DNA of 64,000 nt from an uncultured delta proteobacterium (GCA_963743525.1 CAVUQH010000004.1:288001-352000); one strand, 5' to 3'; positions 1-10,605 are shown, counted from the first letter of the stretch. Numbers and translations are program-made. The notes: generated by a model not told the origin, from the sequence alone.

Positions 1-5
1 TCAGA

Positions 6-545
6 TTAACTGGTCGCGGATCCCGCCGCAAGGTAGGTCGCGGCAAGCTCGACGTAGTGGTCGGCGCTCGATTCGATCCACGCCATTTCGTTGTCGGTTA
101 GCTTTCGTTTGGGCCGCGCGGGCGATCCAATCACCAGGTGGCCGGCGGGAATGTCGGTCCCGGGTGTCACCAACGCACCTGCACCTACAATGCATCGGGC
201 GCCGATGCGCGCGCGGTCCATGACCACTGCACCCATGCCGATGATGCAATGCTCTTCGACGGTGCAGCCGTGCAACACCACCGAGTGTCCGACGGTGACG
301 CGATCGCCGACCAGGGTCGGGTGTTGTCCGCTGGTCACGTGGATGACCGTGTTGTCCTGGATCGAACACTCCGCGCCGATGCGAATGTGGTAGACGTCGC
401 CGCGCGCGACTGCTCCGTACCACAACGACGTGCGCTCGCCGATGTGCACGTCGCCGATGACCGCCGCCGTCTCGGCGAGGAAGACGCCGTCGGCGATGCG
501 CGGCTCGATACCCTTGTAGCTGCGGATGATGGCCATGGCGGCCAT
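6..545 (-). CDS. Gamma-carbonic anhydrase family (YrdA/PaaY-like) hexapeptide-repeat protein
   Basis: AVIGDVHIG...RGDVYHIRIG..IQDNTVIH..VTVGHSVVLHGC: left-handed beta-helix with three Zn-binding His; start may be 536. Confidence 0.92.
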   Translation of the reverse strand: MAAMAIIRSYKGIEPRIADGVFLAETAAVIGDVHIGERTSLWYGAVARGDVYHIRIGAECSIQDNTVIHVTSGQHPTLVGDRVTVGHSVVLHGCTVEEHCIIGMGAVVMDRARIGARCIVGAGALVTPGTDIPAGHLVIGSPARPKRKLTDNEMAWIESSADHYVELAATYLAAGSATS

Positions 546-551
546 TATCCA

Positions 552-944
552 CTAACTGTCGGCGCGGGCGGGCGCGAGACGGCGCATGGTCAACAGGTAG
601 GTCATCGACCCCAGGATGGCCCCGGTCAGGTCGGCCAGCGCATCCCAGCCCGACGAGTCGCGCCCGGGGACGAACGACTGGTGCCACTCGTCGCTGAGGC
701 CGTAGAGGAATGCGGCGACGATCGCCACCGGCACCGCCCAGCGGGCCGACAGCCGCGGACCCAGGAGCAACGCCCGGCACGCGAGGGCCCCGAGGACCGC
801 GTACTCGACGGTGTGAATCAGCTTGTCGAAGCGCCAGATCTCGGACGGGCCGAGGTCGCTGGCCGACAGCGACGACATGAAGAAGATGAGGCCGGCGTAG
901 GCTACGACCGGCCCCCACACGACGGGCCACTGCGCGCGCTTCAC
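552..944 (-). CDS. VanZ-family membrane protein
   Basis: DKLIH..EYAVLG and YGLSDEWHQSFVPGRDSS..D..ADL motifs; GTG start overlaps the upstream stop. Confidence 0.88.
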   Translation of the reverse strand: MKRAQWPVVWGPVVAYAGLIFFMSSLSASDLGPSEIWRFDKLIHTVEYAVLGALACRALLLGPRLSARWAVPVAIVAAFLYGLSDEWHQSFVPGRDSSGWDALADLTGAILGSMTYLLTMRRLAPARADS

Positions 945-1453
945 ATCTTCCACTTGCCGAAGGCATCGTCGCCCAGGCAGGCGAGCAGATCCTCTTCGGA
1001 GGCACCCACGATGTCCCACCCGGCGTCGAGCTGCAGCGCTCGCTCGGCCAGGCAGGTGGCCACGTGGATCTCGGCGCCGGTGTGCAGCGCCAGCGCCAGC
1101 GCATCGGACGGCCGTGCGTCTTGTACGACCAGGGTTCCGCACGGCAGCTCGACATGGACCACCGCGCAGAAGGTGCCGCCGTTGACACCGGTGACCACCG
1201 CGCGCAACACCCGCGCGCCGCAGTGGTCGAGCATGGTCGCCATCAGCTGGTGGGAGGCCGGCCGCGCCAGCTCGATGCCGTCGATCTCGGCGGCCAGCGC
1301 CGACGCCTCACCCAGCCCGATGGAGATGGGCACGATGGTCCGACCGACGTCGTCCTGCAACAGAACGACCGGGAGGCCGGTGACCGGATCCGTCGTCAAG
1401 GCGGAAACTCTCACGGCAATGGAAGCGTCTTCGCGTTCCGTATTGCTCCCCAT
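941..1453 (-). CDS. Bifunctional nuclease (DUF151/BFN) family protein
   Basis: PVVLL..VPISIG..EA..RP.SHQL..DARPSDALALAL; it is the C-terminal part of the artefactual ORF 941..2809. Confidence 0.88.
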   Translation of the reverse strand: MGSNTEREDASIAVRVSALTTDPVTGLPVVLLQDDVGRTIVPISIGLGEASALAAEIDGIELARPASHQLMATMLDHCGARVLRAVVTGVNGGTFCAVVHVELPCGTLVVQDARPSDALALALHTGAEIHVATCLAERALQLDAGWDIVGASEEDLLACLGDDAFGKWKM

Positions 1454-1471
1454 GCTTGGATCCCGACCGAA

Positions 1472-1500
1472 AGCATAGGAGGCTTCCCGTCCCGACGCAA
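1472..1500 (-). promoter_or_regulatory. Putative sigma70 promoter for the BFN-VanZ-gammaCA genes
   Basis: TTGCGT-N17-TATGCT on the minus strand, ending 19 nt before the ATG at 1453. Confidence 0.5.
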
Positions 1501-1527
1501 GCAACAGAATTGCCGGAGAAGCCCGGG

Positions 1528-2939
1528 TCAGATGACCAGCTCGTTCGACCACACGGCGCAGGCTGTCGAGGTCGTAGACCACCACCACCCGGTCGCAGTA
1601 CGGCGCGTACTCGCGCATGGCGCTGTCGCCGAAGCCCCAGGCCGCGGGCGCTTCGGGATTGAGCCACCATAGTTGCTTGGCGCGGCGACGCAGGTCGCCC
1701 AGAATAGCGGCATTGGTAGCGTGGTAGTTGTTGCGCCCATCGCCGATCACCAACACCGTGGTGCGTGACGTCACTCGGTCGCGGTAGCGATCCGCGAACT
1801 GCCGCAGCGCCTCGCCGTAGTTCGAGTTGGCAAAGACGTTGACGACGGCGCCAGAGTAGGCCAGGCGCAGCGCGCGATCGATGTCGTGGGTCTTGAACAG
1901 CTCCGACAGCTCACCGACGTCCGAGACGAAGGCGAACGAGTTGACGCGATCGAACAGCTCGTGCAGCGTGTACGCCAGCTGCAGCATGAAGCGCGACACG
2001 TTGCGCACCGAATCGGAGACGTCGCACAGCACCACCAGCTGCGGCTTGCGCCGCTGCCGCCGCCGGTAGGCGATGGAGAACGGCACCCCGCCCGAGGCCA
2101 GTGACCGGCGCATGGTCCGGCGCAGGTCGAGCCGCCCGCGGCGCTGCGCGTGGCGCCGCAGCTGCACTCGCGCGCGAAGGATGCGCGCCAGCCGCGCGAC
2201 CTCGTGGCGCAAGCTGTTCGACCTCGTCGTCGGTGAGCTGACCCAGCGGCTTGTCGGCCAGCGACCGGGTCGCCAGCGCCTGCATGTAGTCGAGATTCTG
2301 CCGGCGAAACTCGTTCTGCACGTAGTCGCGCACCGCCGCGCGCAACGCGTCGAGGTTCGCCCGCGCCATCGCCTGCAGCGCGGCGTAGGCGGCGGCGTCC
2401 AGCGTGCCCAACTCGCGCAGGCGATCGAGGAGCGCGATGATCTGCGCCTCGGCGCCGTCGACGTCGAGCGCCTCCAGCAATCGATAGGTGTAGAAGCCGA
2501 CCTGCAGCGGCGAGGCGATCCGCTCGAGCTGGATGTCGGCGCCGGCGGCGCGCACCAGCGACGCCATCTCCGGTGCCGACGCGCCCATGCCGATCCGTCC
2601 GGCCGCCGGCAACGCGGCGACCTCACCGGCGAGCGCGGCCACCAGCTGGCGCAACGCGTCCGCCGGCACCCCCGCGGCGGCCAGGGTCTCGGCCAGCGCC
2701 GCGCCGCGCTTGCCCGACAGCGCCCCGCCGCCGAGGAAGAACAGCTCGAACAGCTCCTCGAACACCCGCCGGTCGCCCGGCCGCTTGACCAGCGCCGCGC
2801 CCAGCGCATCGCGCACGCGCCCCGGCTCGTCGATGCCGACGGCGGCCAGCGCGCGCGCCGCGTCCATCACCTCGGCGGTCGACACGCGCACGCCGTTCTT
2901 GCGCAAGAGCCCCGCCAGCTCCTCGACCCGCTCGAGCAT
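1528..2939 (-). CDS. CoxE-like VWA domain protein (two +1 frameshifts, at about 2217 and 1545)
   Basis: LRKNGVRVSTAEVMDAARAL N-terminus; LDLRRTMRRS, LCDVSDSV (MIDAS), IGDGRNN, WLNPE. Removing one base at each GTTCGAC gives EVDSLRHEV and VVDELVI*. Confidence 0.85.
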
Positions 2940-2958
2940 CGGCGCCTGCACCACGACC

Positions 2959-3825
2959 TCAGCGCGACGCGCGACGCGACGCCAGCACGCCTTCCAGCGC
3001 GTAGGTCGCCTCGTCGACCAGCGCGCCGACCTGGCGCCGCGAGTCACCGGCTGCGGCGTCGATGGTGCGGGCGAAGCGGATGGTGCCGCCGCTGTCGAGG
3101 ACGATGATCGCCGGCAGCCCGTGGGTCCAGGCGTAGGCGCGCGACACCTCCATGGCGTCGACCGGCAGCAGCGCGAACCCCACCCCGATCCGGTTGGCGA
3201 AGGCGCGCACCGCGGCCTGGCCGCCGTTGACCACCGGCACCGCGCCGACGATGACCGCGTCGCGCTCGTTCAGTCCGCGGCTCTGCTTGGCCAGCGCGCG
3301 CACCGCGACGTCACCGGTCGGCGAGGTGAACGAGAACAACAACAGCACCACCGCGCGGCCGCGGTAGGCGGCCGGATCGAAACCACCGTCCCGCCCGACC
3401 CCCGCCACCGGCGGCGCCGGTCGCCCGACCAGCTGGCTCTCCATCAGCTCGCCGGCGGTCGGCTTGCGCGCCAGCACGACCCGGGCGACGAACCGCTTGC
3501 CGTCGCGCAGCACCAGGATCGGCACCTTGTCGCCGGGCTCGCGCCGGGTGATCTCGCTGATCAGCGCCTGGGTCGTGGTCACCGCGGCACCGGCCACCTC
3601 GAGGATCTCGTCGCCCGGCGACAGGCCGGCGTCGGCCGCCGGGGTGTCGTTATAGACCTCGGTCACCGCCACGCCGACGGCGCCGTCGCTGATGCCGACG
3701 CCGATCCACGGCGCCTGCGCGGGGACGGGGACCGCCGGCTTGGCCAGCGCCTGTCCGGCCGGCCACGAGCCGAGGACGGCTGTCGCCGCCAGCCCCACCA
3801 CCACGCGCATCATCGGCCTCAGCAT
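2959..3825 (-). CDS. Exported PDZ + thioredoxin-like fold protein
   Basis: Signal peptide; WIGVG..VTEV..TPAADAGL.PGDEIL (PDZ); then VGRPAP..YRGRAVVL..GLPAIIVLD..GTIR (TlpA/Prx-like, no Cys). Confidence 0.75.
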   Translation of the reverse strand: MLRPMMRVVVGLAATAVLGSWPAGQALAKPAVPVPAQAPWIGVGISDGAVGVAVTEVYNDTPAADAGLSPGDEILEVAGAAVTTTQALISEITRREPGDKVPILVLRDGKRFVARVVLARKPTAGELMESQLVGRPAPPVAGVGRDGGFDPAAYRGRAVVLLLFSFTSPTGDVAVRALAKQSRGLNERDAVIVGAVPVVNGGQAAVRAFANRIGVGFALLPVDAMEVSRAYAWTHGLPAIIVLDSGGTIRFARTIDAAAGDSRRQVGALVDEATYALEGVLASRRASR

Positions 3826-3907
3826 AGCGCGACGCCCCGACCGACGCTGTGTATTCCGATGTAGGTATTTTGACTCCATCCTCCTACCCCGATACGATCC
3901 GAGGTCC

Positions 3908-4276
3908 ATGCTTTCCGATCGCCGCAGCGCCGAGCGCCTCGACATGCGCCTGGACAAGGTCTTCCCCGTGGTCGTTTCCAGCGAGGTGTTCGGCGATTCC
4001 GCCGGGATCGCGCGCAACATCTCCCTCGGCGGGATGATGGTGGAGATGTTCGAACCGCTGCCTCTGGGCAGCTTCGTGACCATCCGCCTGCACATTCCCG
4101 ACAGCCACGGCGAGATCGCCGTCCGCGCCGAGGTCAAGCACCACTACTGCTTCAACTTCGCGTCTGGCGAGGATCTGCGCTCCTGCCGTGGAATAGGTCT
4201 CCGCTTCACGGAGTTCATCGAAGACAGTGCGAGCCGATGGCAAGAGACGTTCCGCCGCCAGCGTGTGTTGCACTAG
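3908..4276 (+). CDS. PilZ domain protein
   Basis: DRRSAER and NISLGG c-di-GMP-binding motifs; C-terminal GIGLRF. Confidence 0.85.
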   Translation: MLSDRRSAERLDMRLDKVFPVVVSSEVFGDSAGIARNISLGGMMVEMFEPLPLGSFVTIRLHIPDSHGEIAVRAEVKHHYCFNFASGEDLRSCRGIGLRFTEFIEDSASRWQETFRRQRVLH

Positions 4277-4330
4277 CTCCGGCTGCCCCCTCTTGCGCCC
4301 GCTGGCGTGGCGGGCTAAGGCGTTAGCGTC

Positions 4331-5902
4331 ATGAAGGCCTCCACACGGCTCCGGGCGGGCGCGATCGCGCTCGTCATCGCGATGGCGCTGCCCGGCGTGG
4401 CGCGGGCAATCCGACCGGCTCCGCCGGCGGAGAAGCAGGCCCCGCCACCACAGGCGAGCTCGGTAGACCAGCTGCTCGAGGTGCTGCACGGCACCGGCTC
4501 CGCCGACGCGCGCAACGCCGCCGTCGCCGAGCTGACCAAGCTGGGCAACGACGCCGTGCCGGCGCTGAAGAAGTTCATGAACCGCAAGCGCGCCACCGAC
4601 GTGGCGGCGCGGCGCGCGGTGCTGGTGCGCATCGGCGCCTCCATCCCCGACAAGAGCGGCAAGTTCCACAACCCCGGGCGATCCACCAGCGACCAGCGCA
4701 AGAAGGACGACGAGGTCGACTGGCTGGCCGAGCTGCTGGCGCTGGACGCCAGGAAGCCCGCGGTCGCCGACGTGGTCGCCGACGTCGCCGTCGTCCGCGC
4801 GCTGGCCGGCATGCCCAGCGTCAACGCCGGCGATCTGATCTTCCGCGTCGCCTTCTCCGACGACACCATGATCTATCGCGACGAGTGCGGCCGGCAGCTG
4901 CGCAAGATGGCGCCCTACTCGCTGCCGGCGCTGATCCGCCGGGCCTCGATCACCAGGAAGTACTCGTCTGCGCGACGCTACGCGACCTACCAGCTCGAGC
5001 GGATGGACCTCGAGAGCCCGAAGAAGGCCGTGCGCTCGTCCGCCGGCGACGAGCGGCTGGAGGCGACGCTGCTGTGGACCTACGGCGACGCCGGCTTCCG
5101 CCAGGCGGTGGCCGAAGTGCTGGCCCACACCAACGACGACTCGCCGGCCATCCGCGCCGCCGCGCGCAAGGGCTGGAACGCGTACATCACCGGCACCCCG
5201 CCCGAGGCGCCCAAGCGCAAGCTGTCGCTGCCCGGCGGCAAGACCACCGACAAGGAACAGCCGCTCTACCTCAACTACAAAGAGCTGGCCGACATCGAGC
5301 TGCGCAACACCTACGAGCAGGTGCTGGGCGAGGCGCCCAAGCGCCGGGCCAAGCTGAAAGAGATGACCAAGGCGCTGTTCGATCACTGGGATCAGGAACG
5401 GGCGGCGGCTGCCGGCAAGCTGGTCAACGTGGCGCTGCAGAAGGCCGACGGCGGCGACCTGGCCGGCGCGGTCCACGACCTGGATCAGATCCTGGCGCAG
5501 GAAGAGACCACCGACCGCGGACCCAAGGTCGCCGCTGTCTACTTCCGCCGCGCCGGCGAGCTGGAGAAGGCCAAGGAGTGGCGGGCCGCGGCGCGCGCCT
5601 ACGGCAAGGCGCAAGCGCTGGATCCCAAGGGCGACAACGCCACCGACGCGATGGCCGGCCACTACTACACCCTTGCGCAGGCGGTGAAGTCCGAGGGCGG
5701 CGACGCCACGGCACTGCTGGCCAAGGCCGCGGCGCTGCAGCCCAAAGCCAAGAGCGGCGGCAACAGCCACCCCGGTCGCGCCATGCCCGGCGACGATGGC
5801 GGCAGCCCGACCTGGATGCTCTACGCCGGCGCCGCCGGCGCCCTGGCCGCGCTGCTGCTGCTGGTGCTGGGGCTGCGCATGCGCCGCCACTCGGCCGCCT
5901 AG
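4331..5902 (+). CDS. Exported HEAT/TPR-like helical repeat protein with C-terminal membrane anchor
   Basis: Signal peptide, helical repeats, AARAYGKAQALDPKG, TM helix followed by RMRR; clean codon usage. Confidence 0.7.
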   Translation: MKASTRLRAGAIALVIAMALPGVARAIRPAPPAEKQAPPPQASSVDQLLEVLHGTGSADARNAAVAELTKLGNDAVPALKKFMNRKRATDVAARRAVLVRIGASIPDKSGKFHNPGRSTSDQRKKDDEVDWLAELLALDARKPAVADVVADVAVVRALAGMPSVNAGDLIFRVAFSDDTMIYRDECGRQLRKMAPYSLPALIRRASITRKYSSARRYATYQLERMDLESPKKAVRSSAGDERLEATLLWTYGDAGFRQAVAEVLAHTNDDSPAIRAAARKGWNAYITGTPPEAPKRKLSLPGGKTTDKEQPLYLNYKELADIELRNTYEQVLGEAPKRRAKLKEMTKALFDHWDQERAAAAGKLVNVALQKADGGDLAGAVHDLDQILAQEETTDRGPKVAAVYFRRAGELEKAKEWRAAARAYGKAQALDPKGDNATDAMAGHYYTLAQAVKSEGGDATALLAKAAALQPKAKSGGNSHPGRAMPGDDGGSPTWMLYAGAAGALAALLLLVLGLRMRRHSAA

Positions 5903-5909
5903 GCGACTC

Positions 5910-6539
<630 letters not shown>

Positions 6540-6543
6540 CGCC

Positions 6544-7053
6544 GTGCGCACCGCCGCGCTCGCTCTCGTCTTCGCCGCTGCCTGCGGCCCGTCCGCCAGC
6601 CATCCGGTCGCCCACCCGGAGCCGGTGGCCGACCAGCCTGCGGCCACACCCGCGGAGACCGCCCCGGCCGAGGAGCCGGCGCCGCCGAGCGCCGCCCCGG
6701 CCGGCGAGATCGAGGTCCAGCGCGCCGACCTGATCGCGGTGCTCGACCTGGGCGTCGGCGCCTTCCTCGGCGGGGTCAACATCGAGGCGCACTTCGCCGG
6801 CCAGCGCTTCGACGGCTGGCAGGTGGTCAGCTTCTGGCCCGACGACGACCGCTTCGCCGCCGTCGACCTGCGCCCAGGTGACATCGTCCAGAAGATCAAC
6901 GGCCGGCCGATCCAGCAGCCGAACCAGCTGTTCGATGTCTGGACGAAGCTGCGCAAAGCCGACGAAATCGTGGTCACCGGCAGCCGCGGCGGCCAGCCGC
7001 TGGAGCTGCGTTTCCACGTCGTCGGCCCCGCCCCACCGCCCGCGAAGCCGTGA
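6544..7053 (+). CDS. Lipoprotein with PDZ domain (GspC PDZ-like)
   Basis: Lipobox FAAAC; DLRPGDIVQKING..I..P. Confidence 0.7.
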   Translation: MRTAALALVFAAACGPSASHPVAHPEPVADQPAATPAETAPAEEPAPPSAAPAGEIEVQRADLIAVLDLGVGAFLGGVNIEAHFAGQRFDGWQVVSFWPDDDRFAAVDLRPGDIVQKINGRPIQQPNQLFDVWTKLRKADEIVVTGSRGGQPLELRFHVVGPAPPPAKP

Positions 7054-7065
7054 TATCGTCCGCTC

Positions 7066-7977
7066 ATGGCGATGATCGCGTACGAAGAGCTGGTGGCCGG
7101 CCTGACCCAGTGGCGCATGCGCCAGGGACTGCCGACGTCGCAGTCGGACTACCTCGGCGGCCCGCGCGACATCGATCTCGGAACCTCGGCGGGCGCCGCG
7201 CAATACGGTGATCAAACCGGTGAAGTCAACGCCAGCGACCTGGAGGTCCTGGACGAGGGCGACGCCTACGCCTACGAGGCCGGCGCCACCGACATGCACG
7301 TCCCCCTCGAAGCCGGCGAGTACGGCTCCGAAGGGTTGGCGCCACCGCCGGTGCCCACCCAAGGCGACTACGCCTCCTATGGCGACGACCAGGGCACCTA
7401 CGCCTACGGCGACGAACAGAGCGGCGGCTACAGCGTCGAGGCCGAAGCGCCCGAGCCCGACAGCCCGTTCGACGCCAGCGGTTTCGACGAGCCGTCGGCG
7501 CCGCCCGCCGAATACCAGGACGCCGGGGCCTACGAGGAGGCACCCGCCTTCGAAGCGCCGGCCGCCTACGACGAAGCGCCGGCGGCATACGACGAAGCAC
7601 CGGCGGCGTACGACGAAGCGCCGGCCTACGCCGAGGACGCGCCTGCGTACGCAGAGGCGCCCGCCTTCGACGAGCCGCCCGCCTTCGACGACGACGCCTT
7701 CGCGGCCGCGCCCGCCTTCGACGACCCCGCCGTCGACGCCGCGCCGATGGAGGCCTACGGCGAGGACGAGGCCACGGTCATCGGCGACGCCCTTCCCTCG
7801 GAGCCGGCCTACGAGCCGCCGCCACTGGCCGACGCCGGCGATGCCGACTACGGCACCGTCGATCTCGAGGCCGAGCCGGCCGACGATGTCTCGTCGATGG
7901 TCATCGACGAGTCCGACGACCCGTTTGGCGAGCCGCCGCCGCTGGCTCCGCCGCCGGACGACGACGAGTCGCGCTAG
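7066..7977 (+). CDS. Acidic low-complexity protein with heptad repeats
   Basis: Ordered N-terminus (YEELVAGLTQWRMRQGLP), then D/E/A/P/Y-rich sequence; in operon context. Confidence 0.7.
   Translation: MAMIAYEELVAGLTQWRMRQGLPTSQSDYLGGPRDIDLGTSAGAAQYGDQTGEVNASDLEVLDEGDAYAYEAGATDMHVPLEAGEYGSEGLAPPPVPTQGDYASYGDDQGTYAYGDEQSGGYSVEAEAPEPDSPFDASGFDEPSAPPAEYQDAGAYEEAPAFEAPAAYDEAPAAYDEAPAAYDEAPAYAEDAPAYAEAPAFDEPPAFDDDAFAAAPAFDDPAVDAAPMEAYGEDEATVIGDALPSEPAYEPPPLADAGDADYGTVDLEAEPADDVSSMVIDESDDPFGEPPPLAPPPDDDESR
7528..7725 (+). repeat. Coding 21-nt tandem repeat (A-Y/F-D/E-E-A-P-A), about 8 degenerate copies
   Basis: GCCTACGACGAAGCGCCGGCG-like units. Confidence 0.8.
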
Positions 7978-7986
7978 CGATCGCCC

Positions 7987-8988
7987 ATGCGCGCCTTTCG
8001 ACCCGCCGGCGGCTCGCTGGCTGTGTGTGACGTTGCCGACCCCGAGCCGCCCGACGACGGCATCGTCGTCAACATCCACGCCGCCGCGCTCGGTGGGCCC
8101 GAGCTGGCTGCCAGCGCCCCGGAGCTGACGCCGGGCGGCGCCGCAGTCGGCGAGGTCGTCGCCGCCGGCGAGGCGGCCACGCACCTGTTGGGCACCCGGG
8201 TGCTGCTCGGCCCGCTCGAGCCGTGCGGCGAATGCGATCGCTGCCGCCGCGGCGCGGTGTGGGCGTGCGCCCAGCTGGCAGTGCGCGGCCAGACCTTCGA
8301 CGGTGCCCTGGCCCAGCGCGCGGTCGCTCGCGGCCGCTGGGTCTGCCCGCTGGTCGACGGGCTCGAGCTGCCGGACGCTACCGCAGCCGTGGTCGCCCGC
8401 GAGCTGGCCGAGCCGTATGCCCTGTACGCCCGCGCCGGCGTCGGCCCGGGTGAGCCCGTGGTGGTCGCCGGCGACGGCGCCCGCTCCCGCCTGTTGGTGC
8501 AGATCGCCCGAGCGCGCGGCACCCGGCCGATCGTCGTCACCGGCGACGACGGCTACGCCGCCCGGCTCGGCGACGACGGCTGCCGCGCCTTGGCCCCCGG
8601 CGACGACCTCCTCGCCCGGACCCGCGCGGCCGCCGGCGAGGCCGGCTTCGGCGAGCGGCCCTGGCGCGTCTTCGAAGCCGACGGCGACGCCGACGCCCGC
8701 GCTCGCGCGGTCGCGCTGGCCACGAGCGGCGCCATCGTCGCCCTCGGCCGCGCCGCCACCCCGACCGCGACCGCGGTCAACGCCGACGCGCTGGTCGCCG
8801 GCGGCTGCACGCTGCTCGGCGTCCCCGGCGCACATCCGGACCTTCTGTCCGAGGTCGCCGCCCTGGTCGTCCGCGGCGACGTCGTCCTCGACCCGGTGGT
8901 CGATGTCGTGCCCGCCGGCGACATCGCCGCCGCGATCACCCGCGCCGGCGACCACACCCGCGCGGTCGTGGTCGATTTCCGCGCCTGA
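7987..8988 (+). CDS. MDR/zinc alcohol dehydrogenase-fold protein, catalytically degenerate
   Basis: Structural Zn motif CGECDRC-x7-C retained; catalytic Cys and GHE absent. Confidence 0.75.
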   Translation: MRAFRPAGGSLAVCDVADPEPPDDGIVVNIHAAALGGPELAASAPELTPGGAAVGEVVAAGEAATHLLGTRVLLGPLEPCGECDRCRRGAVWACAQLAVRGQTFDGALAQRAVARGRWVCPLVDGLELPDATAAVVARELAEPYALYARAGVGPGEPVVVAGDGARSRLLVQIARARGTRPIVVTGDDGYAARLGDDGCRALAPGDDLLARTRAAAGEAGFGERPWRVFEADGDADARARAVALATSGAIVALGRAATPTATAVNADALVAGGCTLLGVPGAHPDLLSEVAALVVRGDVVLDPVVDVVPAGDIAAAITRAGDHTRAVVVDFRA

Positions 8989-8991
8989 GCC

Positions 8992-10605
8992 CTAGCGGCT
9001 GGCGAAGAAGACGGCGAGGCCGACGAGGACGGCGAGGCCGACCAGGATCAGCGCGATGATCTTGCCGCGGCCGGCCTTCATCTCGCCGATCAGCTCGTCG
9101 TCGCTCACGTCGGAGCTGGACGCCGAACGCGGCACCGAGTCGCGCATCGCCTGCATCGCCTGGGTATGGCCGGTGCGCAGGCTGAACTTCTGGTCCTCGG
9201 CGCGCAGCGTGCCGTCGTCGTTGTAGCGGTCCTCGATCGGCAGCTCGTCGGCGCGGTCCGAGACCAGGTCGCCCTTCTTCGCGGTCGTCGCCTGCTCGGC
9301 GGCGGCGGCGTCGAGCTCGCCCTTCTTGAACCACATCGTCTCGCGGAACTTGCCCTTGGACTTCTTGCCGCGCGAGGCGTCGCCGGACTTCCGGCTCTTG
9401 CCCTTGCCGCCGGCCGGAGCCGAGGCGGCAGGCTGCGGCGCGGCTGCGGGAGCCGCCTGCAGATTGGCCGGCTGCGGAACCGGCGTCGGCGTCCGCGCTG
9501 CTGCCACCGGAGCGCTCGAGCCATTGCCGCCCTGCGGCTGCGGCTGCGGCGCCGGGGTGGGCGCGACCGCGACCGGTGCCGCGGCGACCGGCGCGGCTGC
9601 CGGCTCGGCGGTGCCCTCGGCGGTGAGCCCGGCGAAGCCGCCGGGGATGGTCTTGCCCATCTCCTGCTTGCGCTTGCCGCCCGCGCGGCCCATCGGCTGG
9701 GTCCCGCTGGCGTCCTCGCTCACGGTCTCGATCTGTTCGAGCAGCTGCCGGAGAGTCATGTATCGCTTACTCGACGACTTCTCCAGCGCCTTTAGCACCA
9801 ACTCGTCGACGGCCGGCGGCAGCTGCACCAGGCTGGACGGCGGCGCCGGCACCGACGACCGGACCTGCTCGAGCACGGTCTGGGCGTCGCCGGAGAACGG
9901 CGGCCGGCCCGTGAGCAAGAAGTAGTAGATGGCGCCGAGGCTGTAGATGCTCGACCGCTGATCGACCGGCTTGCCGTCGACCTGCTCGGGCGACACGTAT
10001 TCGAGCACGCCCTGGGCCTGGCCCATGCCGGGCACCGGGACGCCGAAGTTGATCAGCTTGACCTCGTCGCCGACGATGAGGACGTTCTTGGGCGACAGGT
10101 CGTGATGGACGACGCCGGCCTTGGCCGCCTCGCCCAGTGCCCGGCCGATGGCCAGGACGTACTCGGTGGCCCGCGGCAGCGGCGCCGGGCCGTGCTGCGC
10201 CACCAGATCGTGCAGCGAGTTGCCCTCGAGCAGCTCGGAGGCGATCCACAGCTGGGCGCCGTCCTTGCCGTGGGCAATGACCCTGGCCACGCCGGGAGCG
10301 TCCAGGCGCTCGAGCTGGGTCAGCTCGCGCTCGGTTCGCTGCAGCATCAGCGGCGACGGGAAGACCTTGGGGTCGACCAGCTTGACCGCGCAATCTTGCC
10401 CGGTGGTGCTGTCGTTGGCGCGGTAGACCTCGCCGGTCAGGCCACCGCCAATGCGGTCGCCGAGCACGAACCGCTTGCCGACGCGGCCGTCGGTGGGTCC
10501 GCTGCCGGGACCCGCCCCCTCGTCGGGAACCAACCTACCCGCGTCCGCGGGACAGAAGTTCGCTTCGTCCGGGAACTGGTTTCCGCACTTGGGGCAACGC
10601 TTCAT
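8992..10605 (-). CDS. Ser/Thr protein kinase-like protein with N-terminal zinc ribbon and C-terminal TM
   Basis: CPKC..FCPAD; IGGGLTGEVY, CAVK, HHDLSPKN, INFG, YVSPEQ, LTGRPPF. Confidence 0.88.
   Translation of the reverse strand: MKRCPKCGNQFPDEANFCPADAGRLVPDEGAGPGSGPTDGRVGKRFVLGDRIGGGLTGEVYRANDSTTGQDCAVKLVDPKVFPSPLMLQRTERELTQLERLDAPGVARVIAHGKDGAQLWIASELLEGNSLHDLVAQHGPAPLPRATEYVLAIGRALGEAAKAGVVHHDLSPKNVLIVGDEVKLINFGVPVPGMGQAQGVLEYVSPEQVDGKPVDQRSSIYSLGAIYYFLLTGRPPFSGDAQTVLEQVRSSVPAPPSSLVQLPPAVDELVLKALEKSSSKRYMTLRQLLEQIETVSEDASGTQPMGRAGGKRKQEMGKTIPGGFAGLTAEGTAEPAAAPVAAAPVAVAPTPAPQPQPQGGNGSSAPVAAARTPTPVPQPANLQAAPAAAPQPAASAPAGGKGKSRKSGDASRGKKSKGKFRETMWFKKGELDAAAAEQATTAKKGDLVSDRADELPIEDRYNDDGTLRAEDQKFSLRTGHTQAMQAMRDSVPRSASSSDVSDDELIGEMKAGRGKIIALILVGLAVLVGLAVFFASR

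Noticed and set aside
941..2809. 622-aa ORF suggesting a VWA-nuclease fusion
   Set aside because: Created by the frameshift at about 1545; repair ends the VWA gene at 1528, and BFN has its own promoter and ATG.
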